Positions 37,017 through 49,014 of a stretch of 64,000 nt of DNA are shown here, piece by piece. Made by a program: the position numbers and the translations under genes. Under the pieces are notes generated by a model. It saw only the letters and a list, made by a program, of their open reading frames with translations, was not told the DNA's origin and ran no database searches. Where the stretch lies: the NCBI GenBank assembly GCA_010909165.1, contig MU008179.1, forward strand, positions 310,001 through 374,000, written 5' to 3'. The DNA comes from Anthoceros angustus. Taxonomy: Eukaryota > Plantae > Anthocerotophyta. The first letter of the stretch is position 1. Each line of letters starts with the position of its first letter.

Positions 37017-39050
37017 TTATTCCAACAGGCGCTTCCACTTGCACCAGGCTATGACGACTGTATATACCAACAGTGAGCCGGCAGTGGAGCCTCCTACTAC
37101 CCAGTAAAAGCGCTCGTAAGACGATGCTTGGAACCAGTCAATGCTGATGTTCATGCCAAATACGCCAGTCACGACAACTGAGAGGCTGATGACAAGAGTA
37201 GCGGTTGTTAGCATCACACCCATTTGGAGGAGATGATTCTGTTTGTCATCCAGCATGATGTTTATGTAGTCTTCGGTGTCATCCACATAATCCCGCAACT
37301 GCAGTCACAGATGCGTTGTCACTGGGAAAGGTAGAGAAGAAGGATCTTAGCAACACGCACATGTTCAAAGAGATACTTACAGCGGAAAGTTTGTTTGCAG
37401 TGCCGTCAATTTGCACAAAGTATGCCTCCAGGAGCATCTCCAGCTCCTCCACATCCATGTTCTTGCTGGAACTACTGCTGCTGCTGCTGCTACCAGCGCT
37501 GCTGGAAGAGCTCAGCTTCGCGCTATCCTTGAATGGTAAGTTGGCACCGTCACTCTCATCTGCTATGAGCGGCAACTTTTCGCTGCCCAGCCGACCAGCA
37601 ACCATCAGTGGACATGACATCACTTCCTGGATACTGTTGAGGAAACCAGGAGTCACAACCAGGTACCTTTCTTCCTCGTCGTCTGAAAGTACAGGCGACT
37701 TCAGCATTGGCTCAGTCCCAAAGTGCACTGTTGGCACTCGGGTACCATCCGCAGATACAGGATTGTAACCATCGACAGTCGAGGTAGGCGAGAGCGGCCC
37801 GTCGAACTGCTGCCTCATCAACTTATCTGTGAGGTACATCTCAGCCATATCTCCGTCGTCGTCTAGCAACTTCTCAATCTCGTCTCTCACCTTCAAAACC
37901 ATGCACGGTGGCACATGCATATATTAGGACGCTACAAGGATAGCTGCCCAGCCCATCACTGGGACTCACTTTTATGCAATACAGAAGCAGAGATAAACAA
38001 TGCAGCCCACCTTTTGAACCCGACCAGATATTGTTACCAGTCGGTTCTTGATTTGACGGACTCTTTCAAGGTTAAGAGTGCTGATATGTCCAGTCAATGA
38101 ATCCAAAGCTGGGTACGCTTCGTTATCCAGGGTGGTTGCCTACATTCAAAACAGCTCAGGACCTCTGTAATCAATGCCTTGCGCAAACCACAACACAGGC
38201 CTTCAAAACCTCTGCTCATGCATTCAACTTACAGAGCCGAATGAGACGACTAACCTCATCATCAAGACACCTGCAGGTTGCGTCAAGCAAGCCTCCAAAG
38301 CTCGGAACTCAAATGGCAAGTGCATTTGGGCCCCTGATGACCAGGACTACCATCGGTGTACGTGAAGCCGTTAGTTTCCAACACTGGTTCTCCAACCCTG
38401 GTTTGACATCGGAAGACACCATGCCATTGTTGCTCTCTTCACTGTCACTTGACTGCTGCCACGGTCCTTGGATACCTTCATGCAGACACACACACTTAAG
38501 CTCCCAAAGGGTCCCAGCTCGACAGAGGATGAGCTGATTTGGATCTTTGACAACTCCCTAGTGGCAGGCCAGCTCCATATGCAGATTCAAGGGCCAGAGG
38601 GAAGACAGACAGACCTACCTGCGGGTCGCTGATATCAAAATTCAAAGGAAGCCGACGCTGAAGATCAACAACGAATGGGGCGACAGCCGGATCCTTGAAT
38701 TCAGCAACAACACCTCCTGGGCCGTGATAATAGCCTTGTGCTCCAGGTTGAGCAATGGCCTCTCCTGGCCCAGAATTGTGGACGGATACGACAGGAGGGG
38801 ATCCAAAATGCAAGTCTCGACCTGGCAGTCCAGCTCTCCGCATTATGGCATGCTTCCCGGCCTCCACGACCTGCCAGAGTGAAGGTGAGAAGAATCCAGG
38901 CCTGCAAAGCGACGAGCAGTGGCAGCTGTGAGCTCACCTGACCTTGCCATCCATGCGAGGAGCATCCAAGTCCACGCCCATGCCCTTCTTCCGTAAGCAG
39001 CCCTCGCTCTCATCCTCCGCAAAGGTCCTCTCACCGGCGTTGGGGGCTTC
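37017..39050 (-). CDS. MRS2: MRS2/CorA-type magnesium transporter, copy 1 (3' half clean, 5' half frameshifted)
   Basis: Motifs [42 protein letters not shown] and the GMN signature (GVFGMN), with two TM helices. Confidence 0.85.
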
Positions 39051-39520
39051 TGTCCACACCAGGAACCAGGGTGGGCCTGGGAGGCCTGGCCTAGGCCACT
39101 ATTCTCCAGGGCTTAGGGCTGGCTTCCCATGAGCCCAAACCCACAGCATCTGGATGATCCCGATGGCCCTCCGCCAGCGTCCTTCACATGCCACCAGGTC
39201 AAGCAAGGCGATCGAGTTCAATCGAGTTCGATCGAGCGTTGATGTTCCTTTGAGAGTCCGAGTCATGAGGGTCACAACACTTCGTCCGGGATTCAAGCGA
39301 GATTGGCTTTATGTGGTAGGACCCACCTACTCTCGACGAGCTTTCGATTTTCGGTGGCGCATGCCTTGGCCATCAGCCATCCCGGTAGGGATGGCAGTAT
39401 TATAACCTGTGAGGATGACGGTTTAGGCTTACAATTACCCCCACCAGACGGTGAACGGGAAGTTTCGAGAGATGATCAGTTCAGACCCGGTTTCTACTTG
39501 GAAGGTTCTTGCTTGTACAT

Positions 39521-41591
39521 TTATTCCAACAGGCGCTTCCACTTGCACCAGGCTATGACGACTGTATATACCAACAGTGAGCCGGCAGTGGAGCCTCCTA
39601 CTACCAGTAAAAGCGCTCGTAAGACGATGCTTGGAACCAGTCAATGCTGATGTTCATGCCAAATACGCCAGTCACGACAACTGAGAGGCTGATGACAAGA
39701 GTAGCGGTTGTTAGCATCACACCCATTTGGAGGAGATGATTCTGTTTGTCATCCAGCATGATGTTTATGTAGTCTTCGGTGTCATCCACATAATCCCGCA
39801 ACTGCAGTCACAGATGCGTTGTCACTGGGAAAGGTAGAGAAGAAGGATCTTAGCAACACGCACATGTTCAAAGAGATACTTACAGCGGAAAGTTTGTTTG
39901 CAGTGCCGTCAATTTGCACAAAGTATGCCTCCAGGAGCATCTCCAGCTCCTCCACATCCATGTTCTTGCTGGAACTACTGCTGCTGCTGCTGCTGCTACC
40001 AGCGCTGCTGGAAGAGCTCAGCTTCGCGCTATCCTTGAATGGTAAGTTGGCACCGTCACTCTCATCTGCTATGAGCGGCAACTTTTCGCTGCCCAGCCGA
40101 CCAGCAACCATCAGTGGACATGACATCACTTCCTGGATACTGTTGAGGAAACCAGGGAGTCACAACCAGGTACCTTTCTTCCTCGTCGTCTGAAAGTACA
40201 GGCGACTTCAGCATTGGCTCAGTCCCAAAGTGCACTGTTGGCACTCGGGTACCATCCGCAGATACAGGATTGTAACCATCGACAGTCGAGGTAGGCGAGA
40301 GCGGCCCGTCGAACTGCTGCCTCATCAACTTATCTGTGAGGTACATCTCAGCCATATCTCCGTCGTCGTCTAGCAACTTCTCAATCTCGTCTCTCACCTT
40401 CAAAACCATGCACGGTGGCACATGCATATATTAGGACGCTACAAGGATAGCTGCCCAGCCCATCACTGGGACTCACTTTTATGCAATACAGAAGCAGAGA
40501 TAAACAATGCAGCCCACCTTTTGAACCCGACCAGATATTGTTACCAGTCGGTTCTTGATTTGACGGACTCTTTCAAGGTTAAGAGTGCTGATATGTCCAG
40601 TCAATGAATCCAAAGCTGGGTACGCTTCGTTATCCAGGGTGGTTGCCTACATTCAAAACAGCTCAGGACCTCTGTAATCAATACCTTGCGCAAACCACAA
40701 CACAGGCCTTCAAAACCTCTGCTCGCATGCATTCAACTTACAGAGCCGAATGAAGACGACTAACCTCATCATCAAGACACCTGCAGGTTGCGTCCAAGCA
40801 AGCCTCCAAAGCTCGGAACTCAAATGGCAATGCATTTGGGCCCCGATGACCAGGACTACCATCGGTGTACGTGAAGCCGTTAGTTTCCAACACTGGTTCT
40901 CCAACCCTGGTTTTGACATCGGAAGACACCATGCCATTGTTGCTCTCTTCACTGTCACTTGGACTGCTGCCACGGTCCTTGGATACCTTCATGCAGAAAC
41001 ACACACACTTAAGCTCCCAAAGGGAGTCCCAGCTCGACAGAGGATGAGCTGATTTGGATCTTTTTGACAACTCCCTAGTGGCAGGGCCAGCTCCATATGC
41101 AGATTCAAGGGCCAGAGGGGAAGACAGACAGACCTACCTGCGGGTCGCTGATATCAAAATTCAAAGGAAGCCGACGCTGAAGATCAACAACGAATGGGGC
41201 GACAGCCGGATCCTTGGAATTCAGCAACAACACCTCCTGGGCCGTGATAATAGCCTTGATATGCTCCAGGTTGAGCACAATGGCCCTCTCCCGGCCCAGA
41301 ATTGTGGACGGATACGACAGGAGGGGATCCAAAATGCGCAAGTCTCGACCTGGCAGTCCAGCTCTCCGCATTATGGCATGCTTCCCGGCCTCCACGACCT
41401 GCCAGAGTGAAGGTGAGAAGAATCCAGGCCTGCAAAGCGACGAGCAGTGGCAGCTGTGAGCTCACCTGGACCTTGCCATCCATGCCGAGGAGCATCCAAG
41501 TCCGCACGCCCATGCCCTTCTTCCGTAAGCCCAGCAGCCCTCGCTCCTTCTCATCCTCCGCAAAGGTCCTCACCGGCGTTGGGGGCTTCAT
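39521..41591 (-). CDS. MRS2: MRS2/CorA-type magnesium transporter, copy 2 (tandem duplicate with frameshifts)
   Basis: Start MKPPTP...[13 protein letters not shown]; [50 protein letters not shown]; [11 protein letters not shown]. Duplicated unit ~36886-39391 / ~39392-41945. Confidence 0.8.
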
Positions 41592-42169
41592 GCTGTCCGC
41601 ACCAGGAACCAGGGTGGGCCTGGGAGGGGAAGCGCAATTGCCCCTAGGCCACTATTCTCCAGGGCTTAGGGCTGGCTTCCCATGAGCCCAAACCCACAGC
41701 ATCTGGATGATCCCGATGGCCCTCCGCCAGCGTCCTTCACATGCCACCAGGTCAAGCAAGGCGATCGAGTTCAATCGAGTTCGATCGAGCGTTGATGTTC
41801 CTTTGAGAGTCCGAGTCATGAGGGTCACAACACTTCGTCCGGGATTCAAGCGAGATTGGCTTTATGTGGTAGGACCCACAACTACTCTCGACGAGCTTTC
41901 GATTTTCGGTGGCGCATGCCTTGGCCATCGGCCATCCCGGTAGGGATGGCATGGCCATCCCTACCCTAAAGCTCGCACGCCACGGGGCAATGGGCCAGCG
42001 ACGTTCTTATAAATGTGTATAGACGTCAATTGTGGCTTAATATTTTATTGTATTTTTTAGGATATTCAATTATATATATATTAGAGTTATATATATCACC
42101 TAACTCTAATCAAGTGAATAGTCCGTGTAGAATCGTATTATTTATGGCGTACCGATCTCGTCACAAAAA

Positions 42170-43490
42170 GTTTAGAGAAAAACTTCTTGCAACCTTGTTT
42201 TCCTTTTGTGCGAAGTTGGCACACCACCTTAGAGCTCCAACTTCGTGCATGAAGCCAGATAAAATCTCAGCTAGGCCGATCAATCCACGCACAGTTGTTG
42301 GGTCATCCAAGCCCGATCGAGAGGAATGTAATTCCCCCCCGGGACAAAGCCAGGACATGTTTTCACAATATGGCAACAGGTGTGTCTGGTGGAGATTGTG
42401 GCAGAATTGGTCACAAACATGTGCTAGTGACATGGAATGTCATGGGGCAGCTAGCAGGGTATTTCTAGAAGGGCATGGGCCAAGATGACAAGCCCTTCTT
42501 TGGGAGGGCTTGCAAGAAGAAGGCCCTACAACACCTACTACTGTCACATTTCTATTCACTATAGAAGTAGGCGTTGCAGGTTTCTTCCGTAGGTACCTGC
42601 AAATAAAGTGGCAGCTTTGCATCTGAGAGCATTCCCAGAATCAAGAGGTGATATTTTTGGCCCACAAATTACTATCCATCAATTTCTGTGTGCAAGTTCA
42701 CACGCGCCTCACATCTCAAACCTGCTTCCGAATCTTTCCAATCGTGCGTACTTATGACACTTGCGGTGGCATGCAACGGGTAATGGCCCGACAGATGGCC
42801 ACTGGCCTGCCTGGACATGTGGCATATACATCCTACGAACCCCATGTACGTCACATGTTCCTGCTCACATACGACCAATCTGTATGTCGTCAGTATGCCT
42901 ATGTCACCTTGTCCAAGGGGATGTCTAGCTAGAGATGGATTGTCCAGCGAGAATTGTCGCCAAGAGCGCTTGTGGTGGCAATTCTTTCTGACCCCGCAGT
43001 TTGGTGCGATAGCAAGCAACAGAAGACAAGCTCCCGTTTGCCGGACTTCTGGTATAGGAAGTGTTAGAAGGTCCTGTGGTTAAACAACTTTTACAAACCA
43101 CGGTCAGTAGTTGCACAGCCTCGATTGGGCTTGGATGGCCCAACAACCGTGCACAGGTTGATCAGCGTAGCTAAGATTCCAGTTGGCTTTCGGCAGCAAG
43201 TTGGAGCTCCAATTGGATGCACCGAGCTAGGTGGCACACCAGCTTCGCACAAAAGAAAAACAAGGTCACAACAACCTTTGCCTAAACTTCTTGTGCCTCT
43301 GGTTAAACAACTTCTACAAACCATATTGGGCAGTTGCGCAGCCTGGATTGGGCTTGGATGGCCCAACAACTATGTGCGGATTGATCAGCCTAGCCAGCTG
43401 GGATTCTAGTTAGCTTTTGACTGTTCCCTAAACTTCTTGTGAAAAGGAAAACAAGGTCACAAGAATTATTCCCTAAACTTCTTGTGAAGA
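42170..43490. repeat. Diverged inverted and direct repeat remnant (foldback or DNA-transposon-like)
   Basis: gggcttggatggcccaacaac...gatcagc-tagc...cacaaaag-aaaacaaggt occurs twice forward (~43127, ~43347) and once inverted (~42170-42325). Confidence 0.6.
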
Positions 43491-44634
43491 GACCGGTAAG
43501 CTATAATTATGACCAATGAACCCCCTTGCATTTAATTGAATTTCGATTTGAGCATGTTGTTAGCTCTAATGGCCCGATAACACGTTGTTTGTTCAGATGA
43601 ACACACACTTATAAGAACGCGTGTGTTTCAATCCTTACTCTTGCATCCAATTGCATCCTCCCCCTATCACTCCCTCTCGCTCCCTCCTACCTTAGGGTGT
43701 AGGTCGTTAAAAGTTTTTCTAATTTACTAAAATATACTTCAATTCAATCAAGGGTTATTTTACTACCTTAAGATAATCATCATAGAAAAACATCATCGAT
43801 ACTCTATGAATAAGTCTTAATCAAAGATCAGTCTTAATCAAAGATCATCATCAACCATAACTTACGGTTACACTAGTACTACCACCCCGCCATGGAAAGT
43901 CTGGACATAATCGAACTTCACACTTTTTCTGAAGGATAAAACACAATAACCAGGCCAAGGACGGCACTTGTGCGTACCCATGCCCCAGGAAATAGGCCAG
44001 ATAGAGCTGAGCCCGAGCTCCGCTTCCGAAAAATTCAACCAACGACCTGACGTAGCAAATGTCTGCTTCAGAGCTTCACACATCCACCTACTCTAGGTAC
44101 ACTCTCTGCAGCTACAAAATTACCACTATGCTAACCTGAGTATCTATAAACAGGGGAGAACAATATGACACATCTGCTGGTGGGTTCAGGAGCCGTCGTG
44201 TGGAATGGTGCCCACCTGCGACACTGTGTACATGCATGCGGTGACTTAACTCTACGCACAACTATGGCCGCTGCGGAGAAGGCAAAGTGCCTGTGACACT
44301 ACCCAGCACGCCTTTCCAAAACCAGATCTACGACAAAACCACTTGTATGTGGCAAGCCCGGGTTAGGTCACCGAAGGATTCCATTCGTTGCACAGTCGTT
44401 CCCACTGTGTATCAGGGCGGCAGCTCAGTAGCAACAGCACCCTGGTTGTGGCCTGCACACCACAGGGCGGGGAAATACAGCTCCGGATCTGCCGCAAACT
44501 TCAGGGGATGAGGCACCAAGTGGCCAGCCCGCCGCTATCCCTCCGCGGACGTGTTCCACACCCTTAGACGACTTGATTATTTGCTGTCCTCTGAGTTCGC
44601 TGCACGCCCATAGTATATGTCTTTGCAGAAGGCT

Positions 44635-45780
44635 CTACTGGATTACACAGGCGCAACTCTGGGATGCATCACAATCATCATCATCCATATCGGAATCCCC
44701 AGTTTCGCTGCCACGCCAAAATCACCAGAGCAAGTCAGTTAATCCAGCCTCGCACACGAATGACGAGTAATTTGGAGAAGGGTGCTACTGCTACTTGATG
44801 GCACATCCCAGCACAATTCATTCGCATGGCCAGAGCACTGGGATATATGATACACACACAGTGTGGTAGAATGGACAACCTTAACATGTAAAAAGAGCAG
44901 GACACAATGACAAAAGACAGCAGCAGCACAGCACAGCCTAGCAGCACTCCAACAGTGTAGAACAAATGCGTACACATCTCTGGGCGCAGCTAAACATGTT
45001 AGGATTAGTTGTCCAGAAATGTGCACACACAAAACACAGACATCTCAGGCCCCGTTCCCTCCTGTGCAATAAACCACAGCTGATGACTTCACACGGCTTG
45101 CCAGACAGTCAGATGCTCACCTAGCCTCGAATTCGTACACTTGGACCAACTCCAAGCCATGGCTGTCATTCCACTGGACAGTGCGCTTCACCAGCGGGTT
45201 GACATCACTTGCGCCAATTGAGTCTTCAGCATCCGCACCCCCAGCCGGGCCTGTAGCCTCCCTACCGTGACTGGTATCAGCTTCTGCAACCCGAGCTCCG
45301 CGCGATCCCTGACTGGCGGACTTGGCAGAGTGCAAGATTGACACGGGCTTCCGAGGAACTGCGGGCTGCGCCGGACGCTGAGGCACGTGACCATTCCCGG
45401 ATTGAACGGCATCCTGATCACTGACCTCCGAGGCTGGAGGCGGCGGAGACGCCGGCGGCAGGGGACCGAGGCGCCATGTCCGCATTCCCGGAGCCTGTGA
45501 AGGAACGGAGGTGTCCACCTTGAGAGGCCCTTCCCGGGAGGCAGCAGCAACACAACAACGAGGCGCACCCGATGGGCGCTCCTTGTCAGGCGCCAGCGAT
45601 GGCCGCTTTTCTCAGCCCCTGTCCGCCGGCTCGTGCTCCCTCACTCCTCCACACTCCCACCTCAGGCCCCTCTCATGGATGTGACGAAGGGTCCCGCTGC
45701 ACCTACACCTGCTACATGCGCCGCGTCCGAGCCAGGAAATGCGTCCGCCCCGGCCCCGGCCCCGCCAGCATCCCCGTTCC
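44635..45780 (-). CDS. Uncharacterised plant protein (At1g22790/At1g34010-like) with RVxW motif and C-terminal CaaX; 5' part frameshifted in this sequence
   Basis: Exon ending at 45121 (...KRTVQWNDSHGLELVQVYEFEA) splices GT-AG over 413 nt to exon 44707-44635 (SETGDSDMDDDDCDASQSCACVIQ*). The copy at ~49550 shows the upstream GCASLLCCCCP..GPLKVD motif. Family name is from memory; start codon uncertain. Confidence 0.65.
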
Positions 45781-47596
45781 CCGCTCACAAACCAGAACAC
45801 GCCGCCGATCCTCCCAAGACCTAACCACACCGGCATCGTCATGTCGGCCGCCACGCCTCCGCCCGCGGCCTCCCGTGGCGCCCTCCCCGTCTCTCCAGCA
45901 CCTCCATCCCTCCTGCACCTCCGCCCGGGCTCGCATCCCCGCCCCAGCCCTGACCTGCACAATCCCCGGCTCCTGCCAGCCTGGCCCCAGGGCCGCCACA
46001 AGTCAAGCTCACACCAAAATGCACTCCTACATCTCACTCACATCCTACGACCGCACGCACGCAGATCAGCAAGAAGCACAGCAGGAACAAACAACACCAG
46101 CTGCTCCCGCAAGCCAAGCTCCAGCACCAGCTCCGCAGCTCACCTCGGCTTCCGAATTCTCCCCGCAGCGGCACACAAGCATGAGACTGCCGAGCTCCGG
46201 CCGGGACTGGCCTCGCCGATCCGCCACGGAATGCACGCCGTCCGCTCCGCTGCTGGCAGCGGCGGGCCAAGAGAGAACAGCAAGCGCTGCGATACGGGAG
46301 ACAGAGCGGTGAGTCGCGACTCGCGACTCAAGCACGACTCGACTCGACTCACGACTCACGACTCACCTGCCGAAGAGGAAGGGGACGCAGGCGATGCAAC
46401 GGGCACAAGGGCCGGGAGCTGGGAAGGGGGAAGGAGCGACGAGGGAGGAGGGCAGGGGAAGGGGAGGGAAGGGAAGAGGGAGCTGTAGCGAGGAGATCGC
46501 GAAGCTGGGGCTTGGCTTGCCTGGAGCCGCTAGGGAGAGAGACACCGCGTGCGTGGAGCGTACCAAGAGAAACGACGACAGGGCAGACACAGGCCTGCTC
46601 GCTTGTGCCACGTCGGTTAAGCTTAACGCAATGTCCACAATGCCGTACGCCGTGGAGCTTAAGGGTAAGTTGGTAAGTGGACTAAAATAAACTTCTTCTT
46701 GGGTGGGCTATGCGCCCGGCCCCGATAGTATACCACGTGCTAGACAGACCTAAGTTTAGATAGACATACACTTGTTGCCCTTGGGTATCACCGGATTAAG
46801 TTATAGTAACTTTTAGTGTTAAAATTAATATTTTCTTAGACTTTAATATTTTTCAACATCTAAATATTACTGTGAAATTTATTAATTATTAAAATAATTT
46901 GATTATTATAAATTAATATTATAATATTTATCTCAATAAAATTAAACAGTTTTATATTATAATATTATTAAATAGATAGAAATAATATTTGAAGGTTATC
47001 CTTTAAGCAATGAACGATGTATACACTTAGCAAGTGATGTTAAAATTCAAGTAGAAACATGGGTGCAATCCGATGTATGTCTTATCTTATCTTTTTATGT
47101 CATAGATTGAAATTTAAGTGAAATGTCATAGACTGAAATTTAAGTGAATTTAGTCTGTAACCCATACTTTTGGATGTGCTACGACTCATGTAAGTCTCCA
47201 CCTTTGCTCCCCCCTACCTGCAATGTCGCAACAATTATAAGTTGTCATATAAATGACAAACCCACTCAAATTGGACTTCTGTGTATGCCAAAAGATAGAT
47301 TCTCTAAGAATATTTATTTTTAAATATTAAAACTATATATAATGATCCCCTTTAGAATCAATTTTTATATAATTAAATATTTTGGATATAATATTTCAAA
47401 AAATTAGCTAAACTACTAAAATAATTAGACCAGTGGTATCTATATCTAGTAATTTCTTAACTATTTTAAAATAAAAATTCCACACATCCTGATTAGAAGC
47501 ATGGAGAAAGTAGACTACTAATTTAAAGCTATACATAATCTATAAGGTTATTAATTTTCAAGGTGGTGTGACATTCATGTACCATTACCGACAACC

Positions 47597-47958
47597 ATGA
47601 CAAACTTGCAAAATTGTTCAAGAATATTATGATAATTGGGTTTCAATTATCTCTACTTGTACTTGCATGTATCCTTGAAGCGAAGGAGCTAGCGATTAAA
47701 CCCATGCAAGCATCGATCACACTCATGAGGCTCTTAGAGTGTCCATGCACCGTGATTCCGGACATAAAACACATGTGTCCTCCAGCGGAGGTTTGGATAT
47801 GCTCATGTGATGATTATCCGCGATCTAGATGTTTTAGAGATGAGGAAATGTCATACATGAGTGCTATGACTTGGACAATAGAGATTTTCTAGTAGCAAAC
47901 ATTCTGTAAATGTCCATTTGAATGCAATCTTTGTATACAAGAAGTAGTGGAGTCGTAA
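47597..47958 (+). pseudogene. Frameshifted duplicate of the Cys-rich secreted protein at 54359
   Basis: Near-identical to 54359-54730 with several small deletions. Lies in a duplicated AT-rich island (46690-49015 vs 53440-55800). Confidence 0.7.
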
Positions 47959-49014
47959 TATTTGCATTAGTGACATGTTCTAGAAAGTATAATTGAAGAG
48001 AGAGCATTTTATTCAAATCAATTTTGATATCCAAACTTTGGTTAACTATGAAAAATATTTTATAATATTTTATTTTAAAATAAATTTATTTTTATCAATC
48101 ATAACATTGGCATTATCTGATTTCAATATTCAAATCAGCTAATAAACATTTAAGATTCTTTAGGCTCGAGGTTTGGAAAGGTAGGAGGTTCTAAGGTACA
48201 AAGGAGACAACATCTTTCCACTACAAGAAACAAAGGAGACAACATTCAAGAATAAGACTCACCATGCAATCAGACAAGCGTTTAAGCAGACATTTAAGTT
48301 TTTACTACCAGTTAATACAAGTTTATTTATATCTATTTAAAATATCAATATTAATATTAATAAAAAATTTGACCAAAGTATCAAGGATCCATATGAGCTA
48401 TTAGATGGGCTCACCGCATCTCTCCTCTTTCAATAAGTAACCCTATATAAACTATTAAATAGTTTTTTTATTCACGAATTGGAATTTAAAGAGGAATTTG
48501 TTCCGTAATTGTAAGGAGGGTGTACCTTGGGCCACAATCTAGGAAGGCACTTAACAGGGCGTCTTCTTTGCATTGTTGGTTTGAATTGTCTAAGAAAACC
48601 TCATCAATATCTGACTAAGATACAAAGTATCCTATCTAGCTTGGTACTCCATTTCACTTGTTCTATGAGTTTTGGTGAATGCAACTTTTGTTTGCTCTGA
48701 ATGTTTCTCCACTTTCTGCTTTTAAAAACCTTTGTTGTGATATATGCTTGACTATAGGCAGGTTCTTTTGCATTTTCACTCCTTTCTGCTTTTAAAAACC
48801 TTTGTTGTGATATATGCTTGACTATAGGCAGGTTCTTTTGTATTTTCACTCCTTCTACAAGTAAATGGATAGATGTTTCAATTCCATGCAAGTGTGGGCT
48901 AGACCGTACCATAATCCGTTCGTTTTTAGGAACATCATATGGTCTTCAAATCTCCAATTCATCTACATTAGTTGAACACTTCAAATGGATAGTAATCCCA
49001 TCACTAACAAGAAA

